Under the pieces are notes generated by a model. That model searched no databases, was not told the DNA's origin, and worked only from the letters and a program-made list of their open reading frames with translations. The position numbers and the translations under genes were made by a program. Below, piece by piece: positions 19,403-28,345 of a stretch of 64,000 nt of DNA; positions within the stretch are counted from its first letter, which is position 1; each line of letters starts with the position of its first letter. Source of the DNA: Verrucomicrobiales bacterium (GTDB taxonomy: Bacteria; Actinomycetota; Acidimicrobiia; Acidimicrobiales; SHLQ01); NCBI GenBank assembly GCA_047638715.1, contig JBLIMK010000003.1, positions 17,161 through 81,160 on the forward strand, written 5' to 3'.

Positions 19403-22400
19403 ATCGCAACAAACGAGCCGCCCGCACTGCTCGTCGAGATCGCACAAGCCCATCTCGACGGTCTAGCAACACCCGCGCAGCAAAAGAATCTCAACGCCGA
19501 CAAGGACGCCTGGGCATCTGCTCTTTGGCTCCTGCTCGACGACGCCGAAGCCGCACTCGAGCGAGCGCGTAAGACCGTTCGTGGACCTGAGCGCGCAAAC
19601 GTGCTGAACGACCTCGACGACGAGTGTTTTCAGATCGACGACGCCCTTACCGCGATCATTGGGGCGCCAAAGGAAGAAGAGCTCACCGCTCCATCTCGTT
19701 CGAAGCAGCAGGTAGAACCGCCGGTCGAGAAAACTGGCACGGCGCAGCTCCAACTGTCGTGGAACGATGGCCAGCTCGTCGCGTGGGTCGCTGGTCACGA
19801 CGCTCGGTATGAACCGGACGACATCATTCGTGAATACCTCGCCTCAACGGGCGCCGGAACAATCGAGTGGGAGAGCCGCAGCCCACTACGGATTCCCACT
19901 GGACAGCGGGTCCCGGCGCTGACCGCGCCGGTAACATCTGCGCTCGGTTGGCTCGTCGCCCAGGCGCGGGAAAGTAATAACCCCAAGGTCGGTCCAAGCG
20001 TCCGATGGATGGGACTCACCGCGGCTACTGCTGTTTCTGCGGTGGCCCAAGGGCGTATGGCGCCACAACTTCGCCAGTCGCGTCGCGGTGGGGGCAAGGG
20101 CGATGGCAGCACCTTCTCGGTGCGCTGGCTACCAGGCCTGATCGAAGCCGATCACTTGCAGGCGTTAGTCGCCTCCGTGCCCGGAACGGCCATGGTCGGC
20201 CAGCAGCGGCAAGAAGGGCTGTCCTTCACGACCGCGGTAATGGGTGACATCACAAACCAGATCGTTCGCATGGCAGCGTCGCAGGTCGACGTTCCAGCGC
20301 CACCTCCCGAGGTCAAAGATCGAAACGACATCTCAGAAGCCTTTCTCGGCCGCCTCGATGGATCGTCGTTCATCGCACCAGATTCTGCTGGCTCAGAGAT
20401 CTCGCGCCGAATCGACCGATGGGCCGCACCCGTCGTCGGTACAAAGAATCCGAAACTCACGGTCCAACTCAGCCCGCCCGATGCATCGAACGCTTGGCTG
20501 GCACAGGTCCTTGGCACGTCGTCTGCCGGATCACTCGAGCCTTTCGAGGTCGTGCTCGCCGAGGCCTCCAAGGACCGTTCACGACTGTTCGAGCATCAAG
20601 CTTCCCGGCTCGAACGACTCTTCCCAGCGCTCCTTCGATCAGGTGGTCGCCGCCGTGGCGAAGTAATCCTCAGCCAAGACGAAGCTTGGCAGCTCATGAC
20701 CGAAGTCGGGCCCGTTCTCCGCTCTGCGGGCTTCGACGTCCGGGTTCCGCCGCTCTCTCGAAAGAAGTCGACACCGTCGCTGCGACTCACGGCCGAAGAT
20801 GCCGAAAAGAGCGTCGTCGGTGCCCAACAACTCGCCAATGTTCGTTGGTCGGCGATGTTCGACGACGTCGAATTGTCCGCAGCTGACATTGCCAAGCTCG
20901 CCCAGCAAGCACGTCCGCTCGTGAAGTCGCGTGGCCAATGGATCGAACTCGACCAAGCCGATCTCGCAGAGGCCGCAGCGGCGCTCGCCGAACGAGCCGA
21001 TCAAACCAAGCTCACCGGCGCCGACATGTTGCGTCACGCCATGGGCCTCGAAGGGGATCCGCTCGGAGGCGGGATCAGCATCGCTGGAGATGGCTGGGCC
21101 GCAGACCTGCTGCGCAGCATGAGCGAGCTACCCGAGAACCCAGATACGACCCCGGAGGGTTTCGAAGGAGAACTTCGAAGCTACCAGGCAGACGCGTTGT
21201 CATGGCTCAATTTCCTCGACGATGCCGGCCTCGGCGGTTGCCTCGCCCTCGATATGGGCCTCGGAAAAACGCCGACGTCGCTCGCCGCGCTTTATGCAAA
21301 TCGCGAACACGGCACAGGCTTGGTCATTGCTCCCCCCGCGGTCGTCGGCAACTGGGCGGCCGAGGCGCGCAAGTTCACCCCGGATATGACCATCCACGTC
21401 CATCACGGCGCCAACAGGACAAAGGGCGATCTGGAGGCCACATTCAGGAAGGTCGACCTCGTCATAACCACCTACGGAACCGCCGTTCGCGACATGGACC
21501 AACTGGCTCAGATCAGCTGGGGCAAGGTCGTCATCGATGAAGCACAGGCGATCAAGAACCCCACGGCTGAAACGTCACAACAACTACGCAGGCTGAATGC
21601 ACGCACCCGAGTTGCACTCACGGGCACACCGATCGAGAACGGTCTCGGCGACCTGTGGGCGATCATGGACTGGGCCAACGCTGGCCTGGTCGGTTCTCGC
21701 CCGCACTTCGTCGCCCAACTCACCCCGACCAAGAAGTCGACCGGATCAAAGGGCGGCGAGGAAGCATTGCGAGCGTTGAACGGCATCCTCATTTACCGTC
21801 GGACAAAGACCGAGCCCGAGATCGCCGCCGAGCTTCCCGATCGAATCGATGAGCTCGACCATTGCGCAATGACCCCCGAACAAGTCGGGCTTTATCAAGC
21901 GGTCATCGACACCCTCGTGCTCGAGACGTCGGGACGCGAGGCAGGAACGCCAGAACGCAAGGGCGCCGTGCTCGCCGCGATCACGGCACTCAAGCAGATC
22001 TGCAACCACCCGGTCAACTATCAGGACGACGACAAGCCGATCGAGGGTCGTTCTGGCAAGCTCGCTCGTCTAAACGAGATCATGGACTCCGTGTTTGCGG
22101 CCGATGAGAAGATGCTGATCTTCACCCACTTCGCCTCATGGGGAGAGAAACTCGCCAAGCACCTCTCCGAACGCACAGGCAAGAAGATCGACTGTTACCA
22201 CGGCGGTCTGGCACGCGGCGCACGCGACAAAATGATCGACAACTTCCAAGCCGGAGATGGCGCTGGCGCACTCGTGCTGTCGCTGAAGGCTGGCGGCACA
22301 GGGCTGAACCTCACCGCCGCAAACCACGTCGTCTTGTACGACCGTTGGTGGAATCCAGCGGTTGAAGATCAGGCCCGTGACCGAGCATGGCGTATCGGAC

Positions 22401-22654
22401 AAACAAAGACGGTCATTTCCCACCGCCTTGTGTGCCCGGGCACGGTCGATGAACGCGTCGAAGAAATCGTGGCTGGCAAGCGGCAAATCGCGAACATGGT
22501 CCTTCCAAAGTCGAGCTCGATCGGGGATCTCGATGCCCAGCAACTGCAAGTAGCTCTCGGAATCGATCCCGAGCTTCTCCTCACCGCCGAAACAGCGATC
22601 GACGAGCCGGCAATACCTGCCAAGAGCGTCGAGCCCGTCGGAGCGCTGTCATGA
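19403..22654 (+). CDS. SNF2-family DEAD/DEAH helicase (copy 1), probable non-canonical ATC start
   Basis: LALDMGLGKT, IDEAQAIKN, ALTGTPIEN, LKQICNHP, GTGLNLT, RWWNPAVEDQA, RIGQ; frame open 66 codons upstream of GTG 19601 to AGGAG-N6-ATC at 19403. Confidence 0.9.
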   Translation: MATNEPPALLVEIAQAHLDGLATPAQQKNLNADKDAWASALWLLLDDAEAALERARKTVRGPERANVLNDLDDECFQIDDALTAIIGAPKEEELTAPSRSKQQVEPPVEKTGTAQLQLSWNDGQLVAWVAGHDARYEPDDIIREYLASTGAGTIEWESRSPLRIPTGQRVPALTAPVTSALGWLVAQARESNNPKVGPSVRWMGLTAATAVSAVAQGRMAPQLRQSRRGGGKGDGSTFSVRWLPGLIEADHLQALVASVPGTAMVGQQRQEGLSFTTAVMGDITNQIVRMAASQVDVPAPPPEVKDRNDISEAFLGRLDGSSFIAPDSAGSEISRRIDRWAAPVVGTKNPKLTVQLSPPDASNAWLAQVLGTSSAGSLEPFEVVLAEASKDRSRLFEHQASRLERLFPALLRSGGRRRGEVILSQDEAWQLMTEVGPVLRSAGFDVRVPPLSRKKSTPSLRLTAEDAEKSVVGAQQLANVRWSAMFDDVELSAADIAKLAQQARPLVKSRGQWIELDQADLAEAAAALAERADQTKLTGADMLRHAMGLEGDPLGGGISIAGDGWAADLLRSMSELPENPDTTPEGFEGELRSYQADALSWLNFLDDAGLGGCLALDMGLGKTPTSLAALYANREHGTGLVIAPPAVVGNWAAEARKFTPDMTIHVHHGANRTKGDLEATFRKVDLVITTYGTAVRDMDQLAQISWGKVVIDEAQAIKNPTAETSQQLRRLNARTRVALTGTPIENGLGDLWAIMDWANAGLVGSRPHFVAQLTPTKKSTGSKGGEEALRALNGILIYRRTKTEPEIAAELPDRIDELDHCAMTPEQVGLYQAVIDTLVLETSGREAGTPERKGAVLAAITALKQICNHPVNYQDDDKPIEGRSGKLARLNEIMDSVFAADEKMLIFTHFASWGEKLAKHLSERTGKKIDCYHGGLARGARDKMIDNFQAGDGAGALVLSLKAGGTGLNLTAANHVVLYDRWWNPAVEDQARDRAWRIGQTKTVISHRLVCPGTVDERVEEIVAGKRQIANMVLPKSSSIGDLDAQQLQVALGIDPELLLTAETAIDEPAIPAKSVEPVGALS

Positions 22655-23112
22655 GCAACAACGCATCATCTGGAAACAACGGACGAAATCGAACGAAGAA
22701 GCGCAAGAAGTCGAACGCTCCAGGAAAGAAGAAATTTGATCCGGTCGGCTTCTGGGGAGATCCAACGGCGTTGCCGAACCCTGAGGGCTTCGAGATCTCG
22801 ACCGCCGACTCCGTCGCTGTTATCAATTCCCTTGGGCAGCCGCCGCTTCCCGGCCATGGCGCCGCATCACCTCATTACTTCAAGCTCGTCTACGACCGCT
22901 CGACGCAGTTGGCAGCCGCGCTCGGTATGGCCGGCGAGATCGACGATCTAACCCCCGATGACCCTCCGGAGCCCGAACCCGATGAAGCGGGCGACGCAGA
23001 CCCCAACGCTCTCGACGCGACGGACGATTCGTCGGATCCAAACGAGCTCGCCGAGACCGGGTCCGATGAACGAGCAACGCCGGTCGAGGCCAGCACGGAT
23101 GAGGCCGAGTAG
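22651..23112 (+). CDS. Hypothetical protein translationally coupled to SNF2 copy 1
   Basis: ATGA overlap; basic N-terminus, compact FWGD..SLGQPPLPG..HYF..VY core, acidic tail. Confidence 0.8.
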   Translation: MSNNASSGNNGRNRTKKRKKSNAPGKKKFDPVGFWGDPTALPNPEGFEISTADSVAVINSLGQPPLPGHGAASPHYFKLVYDRSTQLAAALGMAGEIDDLTPDDPPEPEPDEAGDADPNALDATDDSSDPNELAETGSDERATPVEASTDEAE

Positions 23113-23173
23113 TTCTGGAGTGCGCTTACGCCGGCGTCACCGCAATGGGCCCGGGCCACGGCAAGAGAGATCG

Positions 23174-23671
23174 TTACATCACCGGATCGCCGTACATCTG
23201 GCCGAGGTCATCGGCAATGAGCTCTAGTCGCTCGTTGTCGGGGCCTCGGAAGTACAACGAAGTGTCGTATTCGAATTCGATTTCCACATCGTTATCTATC
23301 AGTGCTTGTCGAAGGTGCCCATGATGCTCCGCGGGAACCGAGATTGCGAGGTGATGCATGCTCCCGAGAACCTCTCGGTACGGGACGAGGTCGAGTCCGG
23401 GGAAGTCGAAGAAGGCGAGAAGGTTGCCGTTCCCGATATCGAAGAAGAAGTGGGTTGAGCCTTCGTAATCCCGATTCTCGAACAGCTCCGTCAATGGAAA
23501 GCCCAAGATGTCTTGGTAAAAGCGAATCGTCTGTTCAACGTCGGAGCTGAGCAACGCGAGGTGATGCACGCCGCGAGCGGTCGAGGCCGGACGGACTTCG
23601 GCAGCCTTGAGATGTCGCTGTCGCAGCATCTCCCACTCGCCGGTCCTATCGAGGGCCTGGTTCTCTGTCAT
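23174..23671 (-). CDS. VOC/glyoxalase family protein
   Basis: GVHHLAL, HFFFDIGNGNLLAFFDFP, MHHLAISV, SLYFRGPDNERLEL; GGAGG RBS before ATG 23671. Confidence 0.9.
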   Translation of the reverse strand: MTENQALDRTGEWEMLRQRHLKAAEVRPASTARGVHHLALLSSDVEQTIRFYQDILGFPLTELFENRDYEGSTHFFFDIGNGNLLAFFDFPGLDLVPYREVLGSMHHLAISVPAEHHGHLRQALIDNDVEIEFEYDTSLYFRGPDNERLELIADDLGQMYGDPVM

Positions 23672-23722
23672 TCGACTCGTCCTCCTCCACGCAACATCGG
23701 TGTTGGTTTGCTTGTTTCCAGC

Positions 23723-23742
23723 GTAGTTTAATATTGAACTAC
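23723..23742. promoter_or_regulatory. Palindromic operator, probably bound by the adjacent MarR regulator
   Basis: GTAGTTTAATATTGAACTAC, 18/20 self-complementary, AT-rich, between divergent VOC and marR genes. Confidence 0.75.
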
Positions 23743-23771
23743 CCTCAACCCGGCCCTGTAGAATTCTCCAC

Positions 23772-24227
23772 GTGACCGAGCCCAACTGGTTATCCGCCGA
23801 CGAAATGCGGCTCTTCCGCGCCTTCTTGTCGTCTACATCGGGGATCACGTCGCGGCTCGACGCACATCTAAAAAACTCATCAGGAATCGCTCTCGACGAC
23901 TACGAAGTGCTCGTCATGCTGAGCGAAGCACCCGATCAGCGCGTTCGTATGAGCGAGTTGTCAGACATGCTTCTTCACTCCCGAAGTCGCCTGAGCCAAC
24001 GCGTCGACCGTCTTGTTGGCCGTGACTACGTCGAGCGAGAGAGGTGCGACGATGACGCCCGCGGTACCTGGGCGGTACTCACGAGCCAAGGCATAGCGGC
24101 TCTTCGCGCTGCCGCTCCACACCACGTTGCACACGTTCGGGCCCACATGTTCGATCACATCGATCCGAGCGACATCACCATGCTGATGACAGCCTTCGAA
24201 AGATTGGCCGCCGGGGTTCGCGACTAG
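23772..24227 (+). CDS. MarR-family transcriptional regulator
   Basis: YEVLVMLSEAPD..RMSELS..SRSRLSQRVDRL..DDARG..LT; leaderless TAGAAT-N7-GTG. Confidence 0.92.
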   Translation: MTEPNWLSADEMRLFRAFLSSTSGITSRLDAHLKNSSGIALDDYEVLVMLSEAPDQRVRMSELSDMLLHSRSRLSQRVDRLVGRDYVERERCDDDARGTWAVLTSQGIAALRAAAPHHVAHVRAHMFDHIDPSDITMLMTAFERLAAGVRD

Positions 24228-24228
24228 A

Positions 24229-25425
24229 TCACGTCGTGTCCGATATCGAGTCTTCTTGTCCCAGCGCAAGGAGCCTGCGACGTCGAGGTCGACGCTTGGG
24301 AATCATTCCTCGCATCTCCTCAAGACTTCCGAAACACAACAGCTGGTCGTTGGCCTCGAGGATCAGCGATGGCTTCGGATTCGGAATTACCCGTGTGCCC
24401 CGCTGCACGGTAAGGACTCTGATGTCGCGCTCGTCCAGACCACTGTCGCCCAACGGCGCACCAACAAACGAGCCGTCCTCTCGAACCAAGAGCTCAGCGA
24501 CGCCATAACCGCGCGACACCGAAAGGCGCTGACGGACGTCGAGCTCGGGAAATGCGACCTGATCATCGACGAAGTCAATCACCAGCCGAGCAATGTCTTG
24601 TCCTGTGGCTCGTTCGATTCCTTGCAGCCCAGGAGACGAATTGACCTCCATGACGAGTGGTCCTCGCGCGCTCTCCAGCATGTCGACTCCCGCCACACGA
24701 AGTCCCATAATCTGGGCAGATCGGACCGCAGCCATCTCATATGCAGGATCGAGCTTGATTACTTCGGGGCTTCCCCCTCGATGAAGGTTCGATCGAAAGT
24801 CGTCGCCCCCAGAAGACCGGCGCATTGCCCCGACCACTTGATCGCCAACGACAAACGCCCGCACATCAGTCCCAGAACTTTCAGCGATGAACTCTTGCAC
24901 CAGCAGGTTTTGGCGAGTTGCCTGCAACGTCTCGATCATGGCTTTCGCAACGGTCAGATCGGGGGCGAGCATCACGCCAATCCCGTGGGTGCCCTCGAGA
25001 AGCTTGATCACGACGGGGGCTCCGCCGACCCGCTCGATCGCGGGAAGAATGTCGGTCCGATCTCGCACGAACGTAGTCGCAGGCATACCAATCCGGTGAC
25101 GAGCCAGGATCTGGTGAGCGTGCAGCTTGTCGCGGCTATTTCGAATACCTGCCGACGTGTTGGGTGTGTAAACGTCCATTTGCTCGAACTGGCGGATGAC
25201 CGCCGTGCCGAAGTAGGTCACCGATGACCCGACCCGAGGGAGCACTGCGTCGTAGTCGGATAGCTGGTTGCCCGAATAGTGAAGGTCGGGCTCATCGCCG
25301 CTCAGATCGATGGCGAACCGGAGCGTGTCGAGAATCCGCACCTGGTGGCCAGCCTCGATCGCCGCGACCTTCAGCCGTTGCGTCGAATAGCTCCGTGGTT
25401 CTCGGGAAAGAATCGCGAGCCTCAC
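24229..25425 (-). CDS. rimK: RimK-family alpha-L-glutamate ligase with C-terminal TrkA_C (RCK-C) domain
   Basis: MRLAILSR..YST, SRDKL, KLLEGTHGIGV, FRSNLHRGG, EVNSSPGL; tail VGAPLGDSGL..IRVLTVQRG..IPNP..LEANDQLLCFG. Confidence 0.9.
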   Translation of the reverse strand: MRLAILSREPRSYSTQRLKVAAIEAGHQVRILDTLRFAIDLSGDEPDLHYSGNQLSDYDAVLPRVGSSVTYFGTAVIRQFEQMDVYTPNTSAGIRNSRDKLHAHQILARHRIGMPATTFVRDRTDILPAIERVGGAPVVIKLLEGTHGIGVMLAPDLTVAKAMIETLQATRQNLLVQEFIAESSGTDVRAFVVGDQVVGAMRRSSGGDDFRSNLHRGGSPEVIKLDPAYEMAAVRSAQIMGLRVAGVDMLESARGPLVMEVNSSPGLQGIERATGQDIARLVIDFVDDQVAFPELDVRQRLSVSRGYGVAELLVREDGSFVGAPLGDSGLDERDIRVLTVQRGTRVIPNPKPSLILEANDQLLCFGSLEEMRGMIPKRRPRRRRLLALGQEDSISDTT

Positions 25426-25512
25426 TACACTCCTGCTGTTCGATGTTGTTCCGGTGGCGCCTCAGAACAGTAGCGACCGCGCGGCGCGAACCCGCAAAGG
25501 AGCAGGGACTTC

Positions 25513-26478
25513 ATGGCAGTACGACCGCCATTCATCATCGGCGACACAGAGGTGCGGGCAGGGCGGCGCGCCCATGTCGAGCTCCCTGTTTCGCGCTTGA
25601 TCACCGGCGCGCAGATGTCGATGCCCGTCACGGTCCTGCATGGGAGCGGCGATGGCCCAACCATTTGGATCAACGCGGCGATTCACGGCGACGAGCTCAA
25701 CGGCGTGGAGGTCGTCAACCGCGTACTGAGCGAACTCGACCCCAAGACGATGAGCGGCACGCTGCTCGCCGTGCCGGTCGTCAACGTGCACGGCTTCATT
25801 ACCGGCGACCGTTATCTCCCGGACCGCCGCGATCTGAACCGCTCGTTTCCCGGAAGCGCAAAGGGCTCCCTCGCTGCACGCGTGGCCTACATGTTCATGA
25901 CCGAAATCGTGAAACACTGCGAACTCGGCATCGACCTCCATACAGCGAGCGACAACCGGACGGATCTTCCGCAGATCCGCGCTGACCTCAACGACCCTCG
26001 CACGAAGGAGCTGGCGGAAGTTTTTGGCGCCCGCTTGATGATCCACGCCAAGGGTCGTAGCGGCTCGCTGCGACACGCAGGCACAAAGGCCGGCGCCCTC
26101 GTGCTCCTCTACGAAGCGGGTGAGCCTCTCCGATTCAACAACGACGCCATCTCGAGTGGCGTGGATGGCGTCCGTCGAGTCCTTCGCCATCTCAACATCG
26201 CGGAATGGGACGGTCCAGTCGCATCGCCGATCGCCGAATCTCGCAGCTCCGCCTGGGTGCGCGCGGCGAAGAGCGGAGTGATCAGACTCGAGGTCGAAAT
26301 TGGTGACATGGTCGAAGCCAAACAACAGATGGGGACGATCATCGACGCGTTTGGCAAACGATTGAGCACGATTCGAGCGAGCAGAAGCGGTCTTGTCATC
26401 GCGCGCACGATGTTCCCTCTTGGCAACAAAGGCGATGCGTTGGTCCACATAGCGAGCATCGAGGCTGTCGACCACTAG
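25513..26478 (+). CDS. Succinylglutamate desuccinylase/aspartoacylase (M14) family metallo-carboxypeptidase
   Basis: AIHGDELNG, RDLNRSFPG, IDLHT, YEAGE; C-terminal barrel-sandwich. Confidence 0.92.
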   Translation: MAVRPPFIIGDTEVRAGRRAHVELPVSRLITGAQMSMPVTVLHGSGDGPTIWINAAIHGDELNGVEVVNRVLSELDPKTMSGTLLAVPVVNVHGFITGDRYLPDRRDLNRSFPGSAKGSLAARVAYMFMTEIVKHCELGIDLHTASDNRTDLPQIRADLNDPRTKELAEVFGARLMIHAKGRSGSLRHAGTKAGALVLLYEAGEPLRFNNDAISSGVDGVRRVLRHLNIAEWDGPVASPIAESRSSAWVRAAKSGVIRLEVEIGDMVEAKQQMGTIIDAFGKRLSTIRASRSGLVIARTMFPLGNKGDALVHIASIEAVDH

Positions 26479-26525
26479 TTCAGGAAGAGACTCAAGTCAC
26501 TGCCCCAATGTGGCGAAATTTACAT

Positions 26526-27035
26526 ATGGACATGATTTCAACCGGCGTTGCCTCCGAATACCAAACGGGTGCACATCTCGCTGACATTGTGATCAACAAG
26601 ATCGAGGTGCTGAGCAACCGCCTCGTGCCCGGGTCGGATGGTTCGGTCGAACACGTCGTGATCGGCAACAACGCGGTCACAGTCATTCGCTCAACGCCCC
26701 TCAAAGGTCGAGTCCGTGTAGCGAAAGACAACGTGTACGTGGGTGGTGTGAGCTGCAAGATTCTGCTCACGGGTCTCGACGCGCGCGTTGAAACGGTTCG
26801 ACATCTCGTCGGCGGAGGCTCGCCCGTCTATGGAGCGCTGTTCTTGTCGAGGCAGCGAAACACGCTGCTGAAGAGCTACGGCTCGACCACGATCGGCTCG
26901 CCGAGCGCCGTTGTGCAGAGTCTGATCAACAAACACTGCGAAACATCGCCCTCACCAAACTTGAAGGCCTTGGCCGCCGAGCTCAACGGGATGTTCCTTC
27001 CCTACGACATGCTCACCGGCAACCACGCGGCGTAG
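26526..27035 (+). CDS. Hypothetical protein, possibly degenerate NERD/nuclease-related domain
   Basis: VLSNRLVPGSDGSVEHVVIGNNAVTVI resembles NERD VLHD..PG...IDHVVIGP.GV.VIE.K. Confidence 0.6.
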   Translation: MDMISTGVASEYQTGAHLADIVINKIEVLSNRLVPGSDGSVEHVVIGNNAVTVIRSTPLKGRVRVAKDNVYVGGVSCKILLTGLDARVETVRHLVGGGSPVYGALFLSRQRNTLLKSYGSTTIGSPSAVVQSLINKHCETSPSPNLKALAAELNGMFLPYDMLTGNHAA

Positions 27036-27038
27036 GAC

Positions 27039-28223
27039 TTACGGGGCCAGCACGTTCATGGCCAGCAACGACTTCTTGTGACACGTTGGCCACTGGCTGA
27101 TCGGCGTGGTCGCCGCCCACCACGCCTTTGCAACCTGGTCTTGAACGCTCGCAGGCACCAAATGAGGAAGTACACCGTCGTACTCAGCAAAGCCCGCGAG
27201 GCGAGCAGCGGCATTCCACGTGTCCGGCAGCCATTGCACACCGCCATAGAAACGATTGCCGGTGTTGATGGCGTGGTTCCCGCCAGATTCGCATTCCAAC
27301 AACGCCGTCAAACCAACGTCTGTGAGGAGCGGCCAACCGAACTTATTAACTCCCTGGGGTGCCTGGTCCGCAGGAACTGCGTTGCCTGTCGGGGGAGCGA
27401 CGTCATCGCCGGGGTCGACCACAGGGGGTTGAGGGTTAACGGGCGCTCCGGTGAAATCGATGTCGCAAAACGTGAGATCGTCACCGTCGTCGATGTCGCA
27501 TTGGTCGCGACCCTTCCCCGCATTGAGAATGTCCGCGCCGGCGTCGCCATCGAGCCAATCGTGACCGGGTCCGCCGAACAATCGGTCGGACCCGTCATCG
27601 CCAGAAACGATGTCGTCCCCTTTGCCCCCTTCGAGACGATCATCACCGGGCCCGCCAGCGATTCGGTCCTTTCCGCGAAGTCCGCGAACGATGTCGTTGC
27701 CTTCGCCACCGAACAATGTGTCGGCGCCAAGGTTGCCGTGAATGAGGTCGTTGCCGCCCTCGCCTGAAATCCGGTCATTTCCGCCGTTGCCTTGGAGCCG
27801 GTCGTTCCCAGAACCGCCAACGATTCGATCCAAGCCCCAGCCGCCTCGTGCTCGATCGTTGCCACTCCCGAGCGTGATGTCGTCGTTGCCGGGCCCACCG
27901 GAGACCCTGTCGTTGCCATCGCCGGCGGTGATGATGTCGTTGCCCGCGCCTCCACAGATCACATCGTCGGCTCCTCCGCCGGTCAAGATGTCGTCGCCAC
28001 CGAAGCCGAGGATGAAGTCACGTGACGCGTTTCCACCGAAGAAGATGTTGTCGGTCTCGTCGCCGATCTGAATCCGATAACCCTTTGCTGTGGCAGTCTC
28101 GATCGTGAGACCAAGACAGAAATCATTCGGCGCCTGCGCGGCTCCAGCAGTACCTGCGCTGAGCGTTGACGCCATGAGGGAGACGGCAACACACACCGCA
28201 TTTCGAGATCGTGAGGTGAACAT
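27039..28223 (-). CDS. Secreted protein: hemolysin-type Ca-binding (RTX) repeats + Rpf-like transglycosylase domain
   Basis: Signal peptide; many GGxGxDxL nonapeptides; C-terminal LECESGGNHAINTGNRFYGGVQW..TW..QWPTC. Confidence 0.88.
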   Translation of the reverse strand: MFTSRSRNAVCVAVSLMASTLSAGTAGAAQAPNDFCLGLTIETATAKGYRIQIGDETDNIFFGGNASRDFILGFGGDDILTGGGADDVICGGAGNDIITAGDGNDRVSGGPGNDDITLGSGNDRARGGWGLDRIVGGSGNDRLQGNGGNDRISGEGGNDLIHGNLGADTLFGGEGNDIVRGLRGKDRIAGGPGDDRLEGGKGDDIVSGDDGSDRLFGGPGHDWLDGDAGADILNAGKGRDQCDIDDGDDLTFCDIDFTGAPVNPQPPVVDPGDDVAPPTGNAVPADQAPQGVNKFGWPLLTDVGLTALLECESGGNHAINTGNRFYGGVQWLPDTWNAAARLAGFAEYDGVLPHLVPASVQDQVAKAWWAATTPISQWPTCHKKSLLAMNVLAP

Positions 28224-28345
28224 GCTCAGGCTTTCGGTTCTTGCTCTGGCACGACGCCACGAAGCGGAAACAGGACGGTGTAAACCGGCCCTAATCCGTA
28301 AACGGTAACAGTTCGTAATGAGACCGCAATGGTCAGGCGAAATCG

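Noticed and set aside
28261-28320. MtrA boxes or a c-di-AMP riboswitch upstream of the Rpf gene
   Set aside because: GTAAC-like words lack consistent 11-bp phasing, and the roughly 120-nt gap has no ydaO consensus.
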